The notes under the pieces are model-generated. The model had not been told where the DNA came from, searched no databases, and was given only the letters and a program-made list of their open reading frames with translations. Both the position numbers and the translations under genes were made by a program. A stretch of DNA of 64,000 bases from Lama glama. Its lineage: Eukaryota. The DNA is taken from contig CM052816.1 in the NCBI GenBank assembly GCA_028534125.1, positions 101,308,001-101,372,000 on the forward strand. Direction: 5' to 3'. This document shows, one piece after another, positions 1 through 12,562 of this stretch. Within the stretch, counting starts at the first letter, position 1, and every line of letters starts with the position of its first letter.

Positions 1-87
1 CGCTTCCTCCCCAAGCCCAGCGGGCTGCGGCCAATCGTGAACATGGACTACGTCGCGGGAGCCAGGACCGCCCCCAGGGACAAGAAG
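1..87 (+). CDS. TERT: TERT exon 4 (partial)
   Basis: [29 protein letters not shown]; donor AAG|GTCACC. Confidence 0.9.
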
Positions 88-3000
88 GTCACCACTTGTG
101 TCACTTGGAAGCAAAATACTTTTAAACCCTGGATCTGGCATTGGTGCTGTCAGGATCCACCCCGAGGAGGCCGGCGGCCATGAGGAGGCCAGTGCCTGCC
201 GCATCTCGGGCCATGGAGGGGCGGGGTTCCCAGGTCCCGAGAGGCGCTCCTGGAAAGGCCAGCCCTTCAAGGTGCTGGACAGGCTCCAGGAGCCCACAGG
301 GATGTCATGACACGACCCCCTGTGCACCAGCTCCTGGAGTCCTGCAGTGGGGGACCGTGTGCTCTCTGGGATCCAGGGGCAAGAGGGACCACGTGATGAG
401 CTGTCACCTGCCCTCTGGGGTCCCGAGGACCCTGTAGGACCTCACCCCCGCGGTTAGCCTCCGTGACTCCTCCCCCTGACCACGGCGCCATGTGTCACTC
501 CTTCCGAGTGCCCCCTATGGTATTTGGGGGTGATTTTGTCATTAGTGGAAGGAAGAGCTGTCGATACTGACAGAGGTTTTGGTTTTGAGCACAGATGAAC
601 TCCTCACTTGGTGGGGGGGCCCTGGGGGGCAGCATCCCTCCCTGCTGGGTGGGGCCCAGGTAGAGGGGATCAGCAGTGTAGCCAGCTACATTTTTCCATA
701 CGTGTCCGGGATCCCACGACGGGTCCCTGGGGAGACCCTGGGGGTGGGGGTGGGCAGGGGAGGCCGCAGGGGACACCGAGCGGGATCAGCCTCTCTTGTC
801 CCTGGGGCGGTCTGACCCTGGGTCCCGTTTGGCTGGGGCCCCTCTGGTGACACTGGCCTTCCTGGGCTGGGCCTGCAGGTCCAGCACCTCTCCTCCCGGG
901 TCAAGACCCTGTTCGCTGTTCTGAACTATGAGCGGACGCGGCGCCCGGGCCTCCTGGGGGCCTCCGTGCTGGGCGTGGACGACGTCTACAGGGCCTGGCG
1001 AGCCTTCGTGCTGCCCCTGCGGGCCCGGCACCCAGCACCCCCTCTGTACTTCGTCAAGGTGAGGGCCAGGCCTCACCCCCGACACCTGTCAAGGGAGATG
1101 GCCAGGCCTCGGGGGCCTGTGGGAGCTGCCCCTGTGGGTGGCCTGCCCCTGTCTAGGGGCGTGGCCGGCCTTCTTCAGGTCCTGTTTGCCCGGATAGGGT
1201 GCCCCTGGTGCAGCCACATCCTTATCCCACAAATGTTCCTGTGAGCAGGAAGTCAGGGGACCCCGTCTGCATATGGGGGTGCCCAGCTCCCAAGGGCAGA
1301 AGCTCTGTGCCTTCCCTGCTGGAGTTGACTCCGTTACTGCACCCCAGCTCCATGGGGTCTCCTGCCCTCGGGGTCCCCTTCAGAGAAGGAAGCCCACCTG
1401 CTCGGATCCCAGCACTGGGCCCTGAGAGCCCTGGCCATCTTCCAGCGTCTCCTGGTCACCAGCCTGCAGCCCAGAGAGGGCGCAGACCCAATCTGGGGGT
1501 GCTCGGAGTCTAGGGGAGTCGAGGTGTCTCCATGAGAGCCCCACGGAGGGTGGGTGTGTGGCGAGGATGGGATGGTGGGGGCTTCAGGGTCTCTCCTGCC
1601 CTCCCTTGTCTGATTCCTCACAGGGTTTGCTAAAGCCAGGTCAGAACTAGCAGGACCTGGGAACTCGGGGGCCAAGGTGAGCGTGTAATCAGGTTCCTCC
1701 GCTCCCACGTAGGTGGACGTGACGGGGGCGTACGACGCCCTCCCTCAGGACAGGCTGGTGGAGGTGATCGCCAAAGTGATCCGGCCCCAGGAGAGCACGT
1801 ACTGCGTGCGCCAATACGCTGTGGTCCAGAGGGCCACCCGCGGACACGTCCGGAAGTCCTTCAAGAGACACGTAAGGCCCGCAGGGCACGTGTTCAGCGG
1901 CAGGGTGTGCACTCCGCGGTGGGGCGCACGATCTGAGGGGCTGTGAGCCCCGTGGTGGGGCGTGCCGTCTGCGGTGGGGGCCTCCGGGTCATCGTCCTCA
2001 CTCTTGTTCGTGTTGCTGGCGGGTCTCCTGCTGCTGCACCTTCACAGCCGAGGCCCCAGCTGCACGCCAGCCTTGCCGAGAGGTGGGACGCTGGTGGAGC
2101 AGGGCCGTGCGTGTGTGCCTGTGGTGTCCCCGAGGCCTCCCCCAGGAGCCCGTGCCTGGCCCGTGGCCTCAGGGAGGGACCACCTGTGCTCTGGGAGGGG
2201 AGGGCCCAGAGAGTGCCTCACCAGCACTCCTGACCTCGCTTGCTGTCCCTGCCCGCACAGTGGGGTGGGGGCCCAAGGGCACCCCCTCAGTGGCCAGGGT
2301 CCTCAGGCCTCGGCAGAGCTGGAGAAGGCTGAGGGGCTCATGCCTTGGGCCGCCAGCATGTGGGGTTTCCTGCTGCTCGGGTGAGGGCGCTCAGCCCCTA
2401 CGCCAGAGCAGCACACGTCCACCTGTCTCCCAGTCACTGAAGGGCACCTCTGTTTCTGATTGCCTGTGAAATCCATTTATTGAATTCTTGGGTTCCACCA
2501 GCCTGTTTTTCAGCTCTAGAAATCCCATGTGGATTTTCTCACATTCCAGATTTTTGGTGACATGCTCCAAGTTTTCCTTTGCTTCGGTAGCTGTGTTAGC
2601 TTTACTCATTTTACTTATTAATTTTATTTGTTGTAACTGGAGTACAGTCAGTTACAGTGTGTCAGTTTCTGGTGGACAGCACGGTGTCCCAGTCACGCAG
2701 AAACAGACGTATTTTCGTTTTCATACTCCCTTTCATTAAAGATTATTACAAGATACTGAATGTAGTTCCCTGTGCTGTACAGGAGAAATTTGTTTTCTGT
2801 CTGTTTTTATCTGTAGCAGTTAAAATTTGCAAATCTCGAACGTCCACATTTATCCCTTCCCACCCCTTCGCCCCAGTGACCTAAGAGCGTTTGCTGCTCC
2901 TGTGAGTCTGCCTTGCTTTTGCAGAGGCGCTCAGGAAGTCGGGTTTCCCTGCAGCCCCGCCTCCCAGGGCTGCGCCTCAGTCCGAGCTGCGCAGTGGCCC

Positions 3001-6000
3001 TGAACCCTGACGTCTTCAACCTCGTAGCTCCCACTTTGTGCTCGAACTCCACCTGCCACCATGGGTACAGACCTCAGGGAGAAGTGGGGGCGCAGGTGGG
3101 GTGCCCCACAAGGACTGGGACCCCAGTCTGCCCGCGTCCTGCCTTTCCAGCCCCCCAAGCAGCCTTGCTCTGTGTGTCATCAGCGGTCATAGCGGCTGTG
3201 GTGGGTGGGGAGAGGAGCTGACCGCAGAAGCTGCACGTCAGGACCTCCTGGGCTCTGTCCCCATCCTGGGAGTCCCTGTGACATCAGGGCTCCGGGAGGT
3301 GTCCCCCCACCTCACACCGTCCTCACCAGCAGGTGTCCACCCTCGCGGACCTCCAGCCGTACATGAGACAGTTTGTGGAGCATCTGCAGGCCACCAGCTC
3401 GCTGAGGGACGCCGTGGTCATCGAGCAGGTCAGCGTGGGCACCCGGCTCACCCCTGGGCCAGGGACGAGGGAGCTGTGGACGCCCTCCCTGGCCGGCAGA
3501 GACTGCTTCCACCTTTGGCCACGTTTCTGCCGCCTCACCGAGCCCTCTGCGGCTACCCGCGGCCCTTCCTGATTCACTGCATATCTTCTCTCTCTGATTT
3601 GACCTTGAGGCCAAGAGAAGAGGAACCCCTTCCTTTAGGACAAGTCAGGTTTTCCCCGTAGACCCTCCTTCAACTGCCCATGGGGGCCCACGCTTTCTCC
3701 CCTGTGAGCAGAGTGTCCCCAGCGGGTCCGCCAGGTGTCGGCCCGGGAGGATCCCTGCTTCATGCAGAATGGTTTCAGGGTGACCCTGCCACCAAGTGAG
3801 GCTCTAAGACCCCAGACGTCTTTCCTTCGGGTCCCGGGGCCCCACCATATGCTGCTTGACCAGCCCAGAGTGGCGTCCAGGGGGCATCCTCACCGCCCAT
3901 GGGCCACGCTCCCGTCTATTCCAGAGCTACTGTCTGAATGAGACCGGCTGCAGCCTTTTCGAGTCCTTCCTGCGCCTGGTGCACAACCACGTCATGAGGA
4001 TTGGGGGCAGGTGGGCACCATCCTCCGCCTCCCCGACTTCACAGGCCGCACAGGTTCTGCGGCCGCTCGGCCCACGTGGCGGAGTGAGGCTCCTGGCAGA
4101 CAGTTGTTTAAGTGTGTGTGAGGCCAGACCTGCCTGGGCAGGCGCTGTGTGAGACCCCCATGTGCTTTTGTGGAGGGCGGTGGTCCTGGGGCTCCAGGCT
4201 CACGGCCGCTGCTGTTGGAGGTCAGCCTGGACCGTGGAGCCTTCTTGGGGCTTGTTAACCGTGTGCTGAGGTTGGGAAACCTTCTGGTTAGAAGACCTTC
4301 TGCGTCATTATGACGCTCACCCAGAGGTGGTTACACTGCAGTGTAAACCCTTGCCAACATCCTGGGGGAGGCACGCATGCCAAGCGCACAGCAGGGCAAG
4401 GTTCGACCAAAGGAATGTACCTGCACATGCATATAGATGGCACCAGCTGGGAGGTGACTCTCCCCAAGAAAGGCCATGCCTGAGACCCCAGATGCCCTCA
4501 GGGCCCCACCTGCTGTGACGTGTGTGGATGAAGTTGTTCACATGTGACCAGGCGTGTGGCAGGGCTTCGTGGGGAGCATGACACGCCTTGAGCCCCGTCC
4601 CCCAAGGTGGATGTGGCGTATGTGTGTGTGCACGTGTATTGCCGTGGCTGGCCTCCCTTCTAACCACATCCTGCCCCCCAGGTCCTACGTCCAGTGTCAG
4701 GGGGTCCCCCAGGGCTCCGTGCTGTCCACCCTCCTCTGCAGCCTGTGCTACGGAGACATGGAGGACAAGGTCTTCCCCGGAGTGCAGCAGGATGGGTAGG
4801 ACCCCTCTGTCCTCTGTGGGCATCGCTTTGCTTTGGCCTGTTTGCATTTCTCGTCCTGGGTGGAGACAGGGCCACACCCTTTCCCCCTGCAACGTCACCC
4901 GGGAGGCATTAGCAGAGCGTGGGATGGCACATGGCTCGCGGTGTGGCCGGGGCCCAGGGGCAATTCCACAGGCATCCAGCCGGCACCAGGACTGTGCCCT
5001 CCTGGCCCGACTACAGGCCTCCTTCCCCGGCTGATGCCAAATCCCACCAACATGTAAGTCTCTTGCTCAGATCCTTGGGAGAAGATCGCTTTATTCATGC
5101 CCACGGCAACTCAGATGTTATGTTTTCGACCTTCAGCGCCCCAGGAGGACGTTGTGCTCGGGGTGTAAAAGGCAGCGCTCTCCATTTTCTTTCCTTGTCC
5201 AGGGTCCTCCTGCGCTTGGTGGACGACTTCCTGCTGGTCACACCGCACCTGACACGTGCGAAAGCCTTTCTCAGGTAAGGGCCTGCACGTGTGTGTGTCT
5301 CCGCGGGCACTTCTGCGGACGTAACGCATGCACAGCAAGCAATTCCCGTCCCACCCTGCGGAACCCTGTGCATCCCAGTGTCTCTGGCGAGTGTCGCGTG
5401 GCGCAGTCCCGCTGCTCTGAGAACGCGGACGTGGCCACCGGGACGCAGGTACCACCGAGAGTGGGACTGAGCCCATGGGGCCTCCGCGCATGCGGCACCC
5501 TGGCGGAGGCCGGAGCAGCAGCAGCTCCTCCTGGAGGCTGAGCCCTGCACAGCGTGGGGCGCGGAGGAGAGGCCCGGCGGCCTTCCCTGCAGAAGAGGGT
5601 GCTGTGAGGGGAGGGAGACTCCAGACTTGCCCGGGGATGATGTTGCAAGTTCTGGGGGTCGCCTAGGGGTCGGTGCCCAAGTCAACTTGGCCCCCAGGGC
5701 CCTTGCCTTTGGGCTGTGGCCCTAGAGCCCTGTCCCCCTCAGGGCAGCCCCAGGAATCTGGGGGCTTGTTCCAGCGTGTGGTTTCCAAGGAAGAAGAAAT
5801 TTGCAAAGCTGAGCCCTCACAGTGTCCCTGCCTCTGGTCACTGGCCTGCCTTTGGGGAAGCCTGTCGGCCAGCACCCACGCGCCCGGCTTCCCCACCGCC
5901 GCCGCTGCCTCTGCCCTTCCCCAGCCCAGCCAGCCTGGTCTCTGTTTATTAGCACTGGTCACCTAGAAGCCTGAGGCCAGAGCAGGGCTGTGTCCGGCCT

Positions 6001-9000
6001 TCCTAGGGGCCTGCCCGGTCCCAGTCCTCGGCCCCCCGCTGCCTCTCGGGGTCTTAAGTGGCTTTGACCAGTGCTTCCCAGACCCGCCCGGGTGGCCCTC
6101 TCTGCCCAGTGGCTGACCGGCCCCTCCACTTCAGCACCCTGGTCAGAGGCGTGCCCGAGTACGGCTGCCTGGCGAACCTGCGCAAGACGGTGGTGAACTT
6201 CCCCGTGGAAGACGGTGCCCTGGGCGGCCAGGCCCCCCTCCAGCTGCCGGCACACTGCCTGTTCCCCTGGTGCGGCTTGCTGCTGGACACCCAGACCCTG
6301 GAGGTGCGCTGTGACTACTCCAGGTGAGAGTCGGCCAGCAGCTCGCTCAGGCTGCCCTCTCCTGAGTGAAGGTGCTGCCACCTGGAGAGGTCAGAGGTCA
6401 GAGAGCCGTCTCCCCATCCGGGGGGTGGGGGGACGTGCTCACGGGGGGCACAGTTTTCTGGGCCGTTTTTGGTAAAAGAACAACCGTGCAGCAGAATCCG
6501 GGACCCTGGCGTGTTCTGCAGGGACGCGTGCAGATCCGACCGGAGATTTCGGGACCTGCCAGACACAGGTCTCTTTAGGGCCAGGCACGAGCGTCAGCGC
6601 CCATCTTGGTCTCCCTGGACGTTGGGTTTGCGGTCGCCTTGGGTCTGTCGGGGCACAGGGCTGCAGCGTGTGGGGCCTTCTCCGTGTGCGGTGCCGTGGG
6701 TGCCAGCCTCTGCCGCTCAGGCTACCATCAAAGTACTGCGGACGGGCCTGACCCCTCGGTCCAGAGCTGGAAGCTGAGGTCCAGGTGCTGCAGGCCCGTC
6801 TCCCCCGCCGAGGCCTCGCATGGTCGTCCCTGTGTCCAGGCAGCGTCGTTCTCTTCTTCAGCCCCCGCCCCGCTGGGTTAGGGCCCGCCTTCCTGGTCTT
6901 AGTTCACCTTCCTCACTGCCTTCAAGGACTTGTTCCCAAACGGCCCTGGTGGTCAGGGCTTCAACACGTGAATTCAGGGGGTGCGGCTAAGATGTTCACA
7001 CAGTTCCCAATAATTCCATTTCTGGAAATCTTTCCCAGAATGGAAACGAGAGACGTCACCCGAGGTTTTATTTGATCGTCTTTAAGTGCTTGGGGGGCAG
7101 ATGAAATGGCCTTGGTAAAGGCTCAGTGGGTGCCGTGTCACCGAGGGGAAACCTCGATCTGCCGTTAAAATTGTTTTCAAAGTGCGATTAAGGGAATGGG
7201 AAGTGTACGTCAAGTGAGAGTGTGCGGAAGCTGGGGCGAGAGGGCCCGTCCTGGGGTGTGGGCCGCGTCACGTGACATCACACTCGGGGGTGGGAGGCGC
7301 AGGACCCCACGGGCACAGCGGGGCTGATGAGGCCCCTTCCCTTGACACTTCGGGCCCATCATGTGACTGCGCCGGTTGCTTGGTCCTGCTTCAGGGGTGT
7401 TGGGGGCGACCTTCTCCTGGGAGAAGCCACAGACCTGGCTGGGGGCTGCCAACCCCCCATTTCCCCAGAGCTGCCCGCCCACACAGGTGACTCCGGGGAG
7501 GTGCTGGGCCCTCTGTGGGCCTGAGTGACCAGTGCTCTGGAGTGAAAAGTGCACAGGCCATATGGGGCCTCTGTGTCTGTCCCTCGGGAAGGAACATGCA
7601 AAATGACCTGAGGTTTGGAGCCAGTGATACAAACAAGGCCTGGAAGGACGTGTGTCCAGGAGGCCAGGCCGAGGCCGCGCCGCGCCGTGAGCCAGCGTCT
7701 GCGGACACCCGTGCAGGCCGGGGCCGGGGGGCAGCAGATGGGGCCGGTCTGGGCCCAGCTCCACACGAGTACAGGCCAGGCGCTGGGGTGGGTCAGAGCC
7801 GCACGTGACAAGGCGGGGCATGCGTGTCTGGCAGCGTGAGGGGGACGTGTGTGTCACACGGGACCCCGCCCTGTCCCTCAGTTACGCCCGGACCTCGATC
7901 AGAGCGAGTCTCACCTTCAACCAGGGCTTCAAGGCTGGAAGGAACATGCGCCGCAAACTCTTCGCGGTCTTGCGGCTGAAGTGCCACGGCCTCTTTCTGG
8001 ACCTGCAGGTGCGTGGGCTGCGGGCGGCGGCCGGGGCTTCAGAGTGAGGGCTCTGGCATCAGGCCCCCGGGGGCCCCTGTGCTTCTTAGATCTGGGTGTG
8101 CGTGTGCGTGAGTGTGTGCGTGTGTGGAGGCCCCTGCCCTCACCTGCTGAGTGGCTGCCGTGCCCCCGCGCCCCCGTGCCCTGGCTCCTCGCAGGGTGCG
8201 GGCCGAGGTCATGGCCCGGCCGGGCTGGGCTCGCGCCTCCTTGTCCTTCCCGCCCATCATCCTGCTGGCGGCCCCACAGAGTCCTGACCCCATGGCCGGT
8301 GAGGGGAAATAAAACAAAAGGTAGAAAGTCAAGTCCCAGGGGTATTGCCAGCGTTTCTCTTTCCTCGTGACTCCAGGTGAACAGTCTCCAGACAGTTTTC
8401 ACAAACGTTTACAAGATATTCCTGCTGCAGGCATACAGGTGGGTCCCTGGCGGGGCGAGGGCGCTCTCTGGGTCTGTGAGGACGGACGCAGCGCCCACCT
8501 GAGCAGCAGGTACCGCCTGTCCGCCCGCGTCCCCGTCCGCTCGAGAGGTGCTGCTCCCGGCACCAGGCAGCGGTGGAGGCCAGCGTGGCCAGGGTGTCCC
8601 GTGTCCCCATGTGCTGGCTCCCCTGTGGTGAGGGGGCAGGGGAGGGGCTGCAGAGTTGGAGGAAGGCAGCCACGGGGCAGGGGTGGGTCCGGAGAGCAGA
8701 GGGCCGTGGCCCCAGACCCTCAAGAGTGGCTCCAGGCCAGCCCAGCCGTGCTTCCGGGACGCTCCCTGCCCCTGGGGGCTCTGCAGCCCCCGGCCGGGAA
8801 GTAGGGGATGGGCCGGTGATCATGGGCCATTGGGGCTTGTGTTCCCACATGTCCACCTTGGGAAGGCGGACGCTGTCCTTCACTGACCGGTCCTCTTGCC
8901 CGCGGCCTCACTCTCGGTGGTTTCCGGGGGAGCCCTGCCTGGGCAGCTCAGGGAGGCAGCTGACTTCCCACAGCCCCATCACAGTGAGCGAGGGGAGAGC

Positions 9001-11839
9001 CGTCTCCCGGCTAATGGGGAGCCGGGCGACCACTGAGAGCCCGCGAGGGACGGTTATCCAGGGCCGTGCGGTCTTTGTGAACCGAGCTTGTTGCAGGGTC
9101 TGGATGGGCTCGGGGGGAAGTTCCTGCTGAAAAGTCCCTCCAGGAAGACCGCTTCTAACTCAGAGGCCTGGGCTCTGTTTTGGTGACAAGGCCGTGTGTG
9201 CCCCTTTGGTGCCCCTCAACGCCCTGGCCAGCCTCCTGCACCTCCCAAGGCGCCCCTGTGCTCTTGTGCCAGCTGCCTCTGCACCCTCGGGACAGGTGCT
9301 CACGCCCCTGCCGTGCCAGCTGCGGGGGGCGGGTCACAGTGACCCCCACGCACCCGCACACCTCTGGGGGCGTGAGAAGAGCAAGGGTGGGGACCCTGCT
9401 CCAGGATCCCCGCGGTCTCACTCTGTGTCCCTGCCTTGGACCCTGTGCTCTGTGGGGAGCTGGCCCCAGACCCCTGCTCTCCAGGGAACACTGTAGACAC
9501 CTGAGCTCAGGGGAGGCCACCCTCAGGTGGCCCTGTGCACCTCTGTCCGGGTGGTGATGTGCACCCGGGACGGTGACCGTGCAAAGCCACAGCACCCTAC
9601 CCGCTGCATCAAGGATGTCATCTGCTTCCACACGCGGGTGGTGCGCACACAGGCAGACCCAGGAGCCCCGCGCCTCCAAGGCAGGGTGGGGAGTGTAAAG
9701 CTGGACCGTGCAGGTCACACCCACCGGGGCTGGGCAGGCGAGGTCGTGGGGGTCACGTGGCACTCAGCAGACTGGAACCCACCAAACTCAGCTCCTCTCG
9801 GGGGAAGTGGAAATCCCTGCTGGTGGAGGCCTCCCCACTCCACACGGAGCACCACCCCTCCCCCAGAGAGGGTCCTCCGCCTGCAGGACGAGCCCCTCCC
9901 AGGACAGCAGTATGGCCTGGCCCCGGCCCCAGCGCACGATGTTCGCGAGTTTCCAGAACAGGCTCCCCTCTCGCGTAGGTGGGGACGGTGCCTCCCCACT
10001 CCGCAGGGTTCTGGTGAGCTCTTGTGAGATCGGACGGCCAGGTCCACACCTGCACCTTATGGCAGAGAGGACCCCGGGGGTGAGACAGGGCACAGGCCCC
10101 CGAGAGGGTTGTCACATGGTCACGTGGGTACCTGCAGACACGTGCACACACACGTGCTCCTATGTGCACGTGCCGCACGTAGACAAACGCCTGACAGGCA
10201 CGCACGAGCCCAGGTGCACATGGCACCCGCACGTGAGCGCGTTCCGACCGGACACTCCCTGACGCAGCGCCGTCTCCTAGGTTCCACGCGTGCGTGCTGC
10301 AGCTGCCCTTTAATCAGCCGGTTAGGCGGAATCCCGCGTTCTTCCTCCGGGTCGTCTCCGACACTGCATCCCGCGCCTACTCCCTCCTGAAAGCCAGGAA
10401 CGCAGGTGCGCCAGTGAACAGGGCAGGGAAGGTGGGTCTGCGGGTCGCCAGGGCGCTGTGAAGGGAGGGTGCTCCCCACACACCCCGCTGCCTGCTATGT
10501 GCCCCGCGGCCACAGCAGCCCCCCTCACGTGCTGCCCTCAGCTCTCCTGCCCTCCACTGCGTGACTGGAGGGAGCGGGACACTGGGAACCTCCTGGTGGT
10601 CCTTCCTGCTTCCCTGGCTCGCTCTGCCTGCTCTGGGCAGGGCCTGCTCCCCCGGCGCTCGGGGTGCTCGCACATCCAGGCCTGTGGTCGGGAGGAGGCC
10701 CGGTGCCGCCAGCTGCCCCTGGGCCACCGCTGCCCACCTCGGGGAGGAGCTCAGTGAGGGACGCCCCTGCCAGCCACACAGCCGTCTCTGCTTGGGATGC
10801 AGCCTGCTTGGCATCCTGTCCCCCTCCGCCCGCCCCAGAGCTCCCGTCAGAGCCCCTCCCACGGGCATTTCTGGTCCCTGTGAGATTTGGGCCGAATGTG
10901 TGTCCGAGGTCCTGGTTTAGCAGACTTCGCTTTTGTTACTTCTCTTTGTGAAGTTTCTTTGGAGCAGGTGACTGGAACATTTCAGTCATCAGCATCCCCC
11001 GGTGCCCGCGTAGGGGTGGCCCTGGAAGTGAAGTCTCCTGTTTGCCCCCCACCCCATGTCCCCACTTCTGTGCCAAGCCTGGAGGGACCCCTTGGTCTCC
11101 CCTGGGAGGAGCGCTGGGGTGGGGGGCTGGGCAGGGTCTCAGCCTCTCCACATGTCCCCTCAGGGACATCACTGGGGGCCCAGGGCGCCTCAGGCCCGTT
11201 TCCTTTGGAAGCTGCACAGTGGCTCTGCCTGCATGCCTTCCGGCTCAAGCTGGCTGGTCACCACATCACCTACAGCTGCCTGCTGGGGCCGCTCCGGGCA
11301 GGTGAGCGTGGGCGGAGTGGGGTACAGGACCTGCTCCTCCCGTGCGCACGCGTCACTGGACCGCTGGGCTCCTCTGTGTCAGAGGAGCAAGTGCCCATAG
11401 GGTTGTGGGCCCCTCCCTCATCCAAGGACCTGGCACGTCTGCCCAGGTCACAGCACCTCCCACTCCCCACCTCTGAGGCCAGCCCCCCACCCTGGGGACC
11501 TCATCTCCCCTCAGTGCTCCTCCAGCCCCGCCACCTGTGTGTCTCCTTGGGCCTCTGCCTGGCTGCCCCCCATCTTGCCCCTAGCTGAGGCTCCCACCAC
11601 CCCAAGTCCGCCTGCACACAGTAGGGGCTCAGCCTGACACAGGCACCTGCCCAGCCCCAGAGTGCCCCCGGCCCCAGCCCCGGTGTCCTCTGGCTGCTTC
11701 TGGGAGGAGGCCTGATCTCAGTCACCTCCTTGCAGCCAGCGCACAGCTGTGCCGGCGGCTCCCGAGGGCCACACTGGCCGCCCTGGAAGCAGCCGTCGAC
11801 CCTGCCCTGACCGCAGACTTTAAGACCATCTTGGACTGA
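1..11839 (+). CDS. TERT: Telomerase reverse transcriptase, 5'-partial gene span (exons 4-16, spliced)
   Basis: 13 GT-AG exons join in frame (1539 nt = 512 aa + TGA). Motifs: [54 protein letters not shown]. Confidence 0.98.
879..1058 (+). CDS. TERT: TERT exon 5
   Basis: cag|GTC...AAG|gtgagg, 180 nt; [19 protein letters not shown]...PPLYFVK. Confidence 0.96.
1713..1871 (+). CDS. TERT: TERT exon 6 (motif A)
   Basis: tag|GTG...CAC|gtaagg, 159 nt; [15 protein letters not shown]...KSFKRH. Confidence 0.96.
2430..2600 (-). mobile_element. Ancient L1 ORF1 fragment
   Basis: Minus-strand translation [20 protein letters not shown] resembles the L1 ORF1p coiled coil (EILELKNTITEMKNS.DG.), from recall. 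Confidence 0.55.
2610..2930 (-). mobile_element. L1 3' end (cetartiodactyl/camelid-type), antisense in TERT intron 6
   Basis: T-rich tail followed by tgtagttccctgtgctgtacag...atttgcaaatctc...tatcccttcccacccc...tgtgagtctg, typical of a reverse-strand L1 3' UTR. Confidence 0.75.
3333..3428 (+). CDS. TERT: TERT exon 7
   Basis: 96 nt; [32 protein letters not shown]. Confidence 0.96.
3925..4010 (+). CDS. TERT: TERT exon 8
   Basis: 86 nt; [28 protein letters not shown]. Confidence 0.94.
4682..4795 (+). CDS. TERT: TERT exon 9 (motif B')
   Basis: 114 nt; [27 protein letters not shown]. Confidence 0.96.
5203..5274 (+). CDS. TERT: TERT exon 10 (motif C, catalytic DD)
   Basis: 72 nt; [23 protein letters not shown]. 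Confidence 0.97.
6135..6323 (+). CDS. TERT: TERT exon 11 (motifs D/E)
   Basis: 189 nt; [22 protein letters not shown]...[20 protein letters not shown]. Confidence 0.96.
7882..8008 (+). CDS. TERT: TERT exon 12
   Basis: 127 nt; [42 protein letters not shown]. Confidence 0.96.
8377..8438 (+). CDS. TERT: TERT exon 13
   Basis: 62 nt; [20 protein letters not shown]. Confidence 0.95.
10281..10405 (+). CDS. TERT: TERT exon 14
   Basis: 125 nt; [41 protein letters not shown]. Confidence 0.95.
11164..11301 (+). CDS. TERT: TERT exon 15
   Basis: 138 nt; [30 protein letters not shown]...LLGPLRA. Confidence 0.95.
11736..11839 (+). CDS. TERT: TERT exon 16 coding part
   Basis: 104 nt; [33 protein letters not shown]. 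Confidence 0.95.
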
Positions 11840-12556
11840 CAGTCAGCCCTCCTTGCAGCCCGAAGCCCCAGAGCCCCGTTCCCACCCGATTCCACATCCT
11901 GGAGGGGGCCAGCTGCACTGCGAGGTAGGGGTCTCCCTGGAGACCCTGGGGGAGGTTTGGCCCCCAGGTCCTCAGGGAAGCAGGGCCTGCCCACCGTGAC
12001 CCCCAGCGACTGGGGCCCACCCTTCACCTGCTGACCTCCGGGAGGAGGCAAGCGGGAGAGCCTGGCTGGGGCATTGGCATCTGGACAGGGAGTGTTGGGG
12101 ACACCTGTCACTCACTTCTCCTGGTCTGGAGTGATGGCACATGTGTCCCCGAGGGCACGGGGAGGCCTTCAGGGGCTCGGTGGTGGGCGTGGGCTCCCGC
12201 CGACCCGTGTGGCGCCCCGGCTTGAGCCGTCCTCCTGCCCTAGGAGCAGCACCTGCCCCCCGTCCCCGCCCCCACCAGCTACATCCAAAGTTCACGCCCC
12301 ACTGAACTTTCCCCAGAAGCAAGCGGGCCCAGTCAGCTGTCTGAGGCCTGTCTCCACCCGGCCTTGCCCTGGCCTCTGGCCTCGCCCGGCTCCCACCCCC
12401 TCTTCCTGACTTCCACGCTGGTCCTCGCTCAGCACGGGCCCCAGGTCCCCCTGGTGGTGCTCCGCCCCGCCTCCTAGCCCCCACGCCTCACCCCCATGAG
12501 GAAGATAGTGAACCTCTGTTGTTTGTGTAGGTTTAAATTTTTCTCTTAGTCTTTGT

Positions 12557-12562
12557 ATTAAA
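12557..12562 (+). terminator. TERT: Candidate TERT polyadenylation signal (ATTAAA)
   Basis: ATTAAA in an AT-rich patch ~720 nt after the stop, with a GU-rich tract (ttgttggtgtgtgtggg) ~50 nt downstream. Confidence 0.55.

Noticed and set aside
6875-6885. Isolated TTAGGG hexamers (also ~55757 and ~60627)
   Set aside because: Single copies only, with no interstitial telomeric array.
1-11839. RT motifs as evidence for a retroelement or novel RT system
   Set aside because: The motifs and exon sizes match vertebrate TERT, and the SLC6A18/SLC6A19 synteny confirms it.
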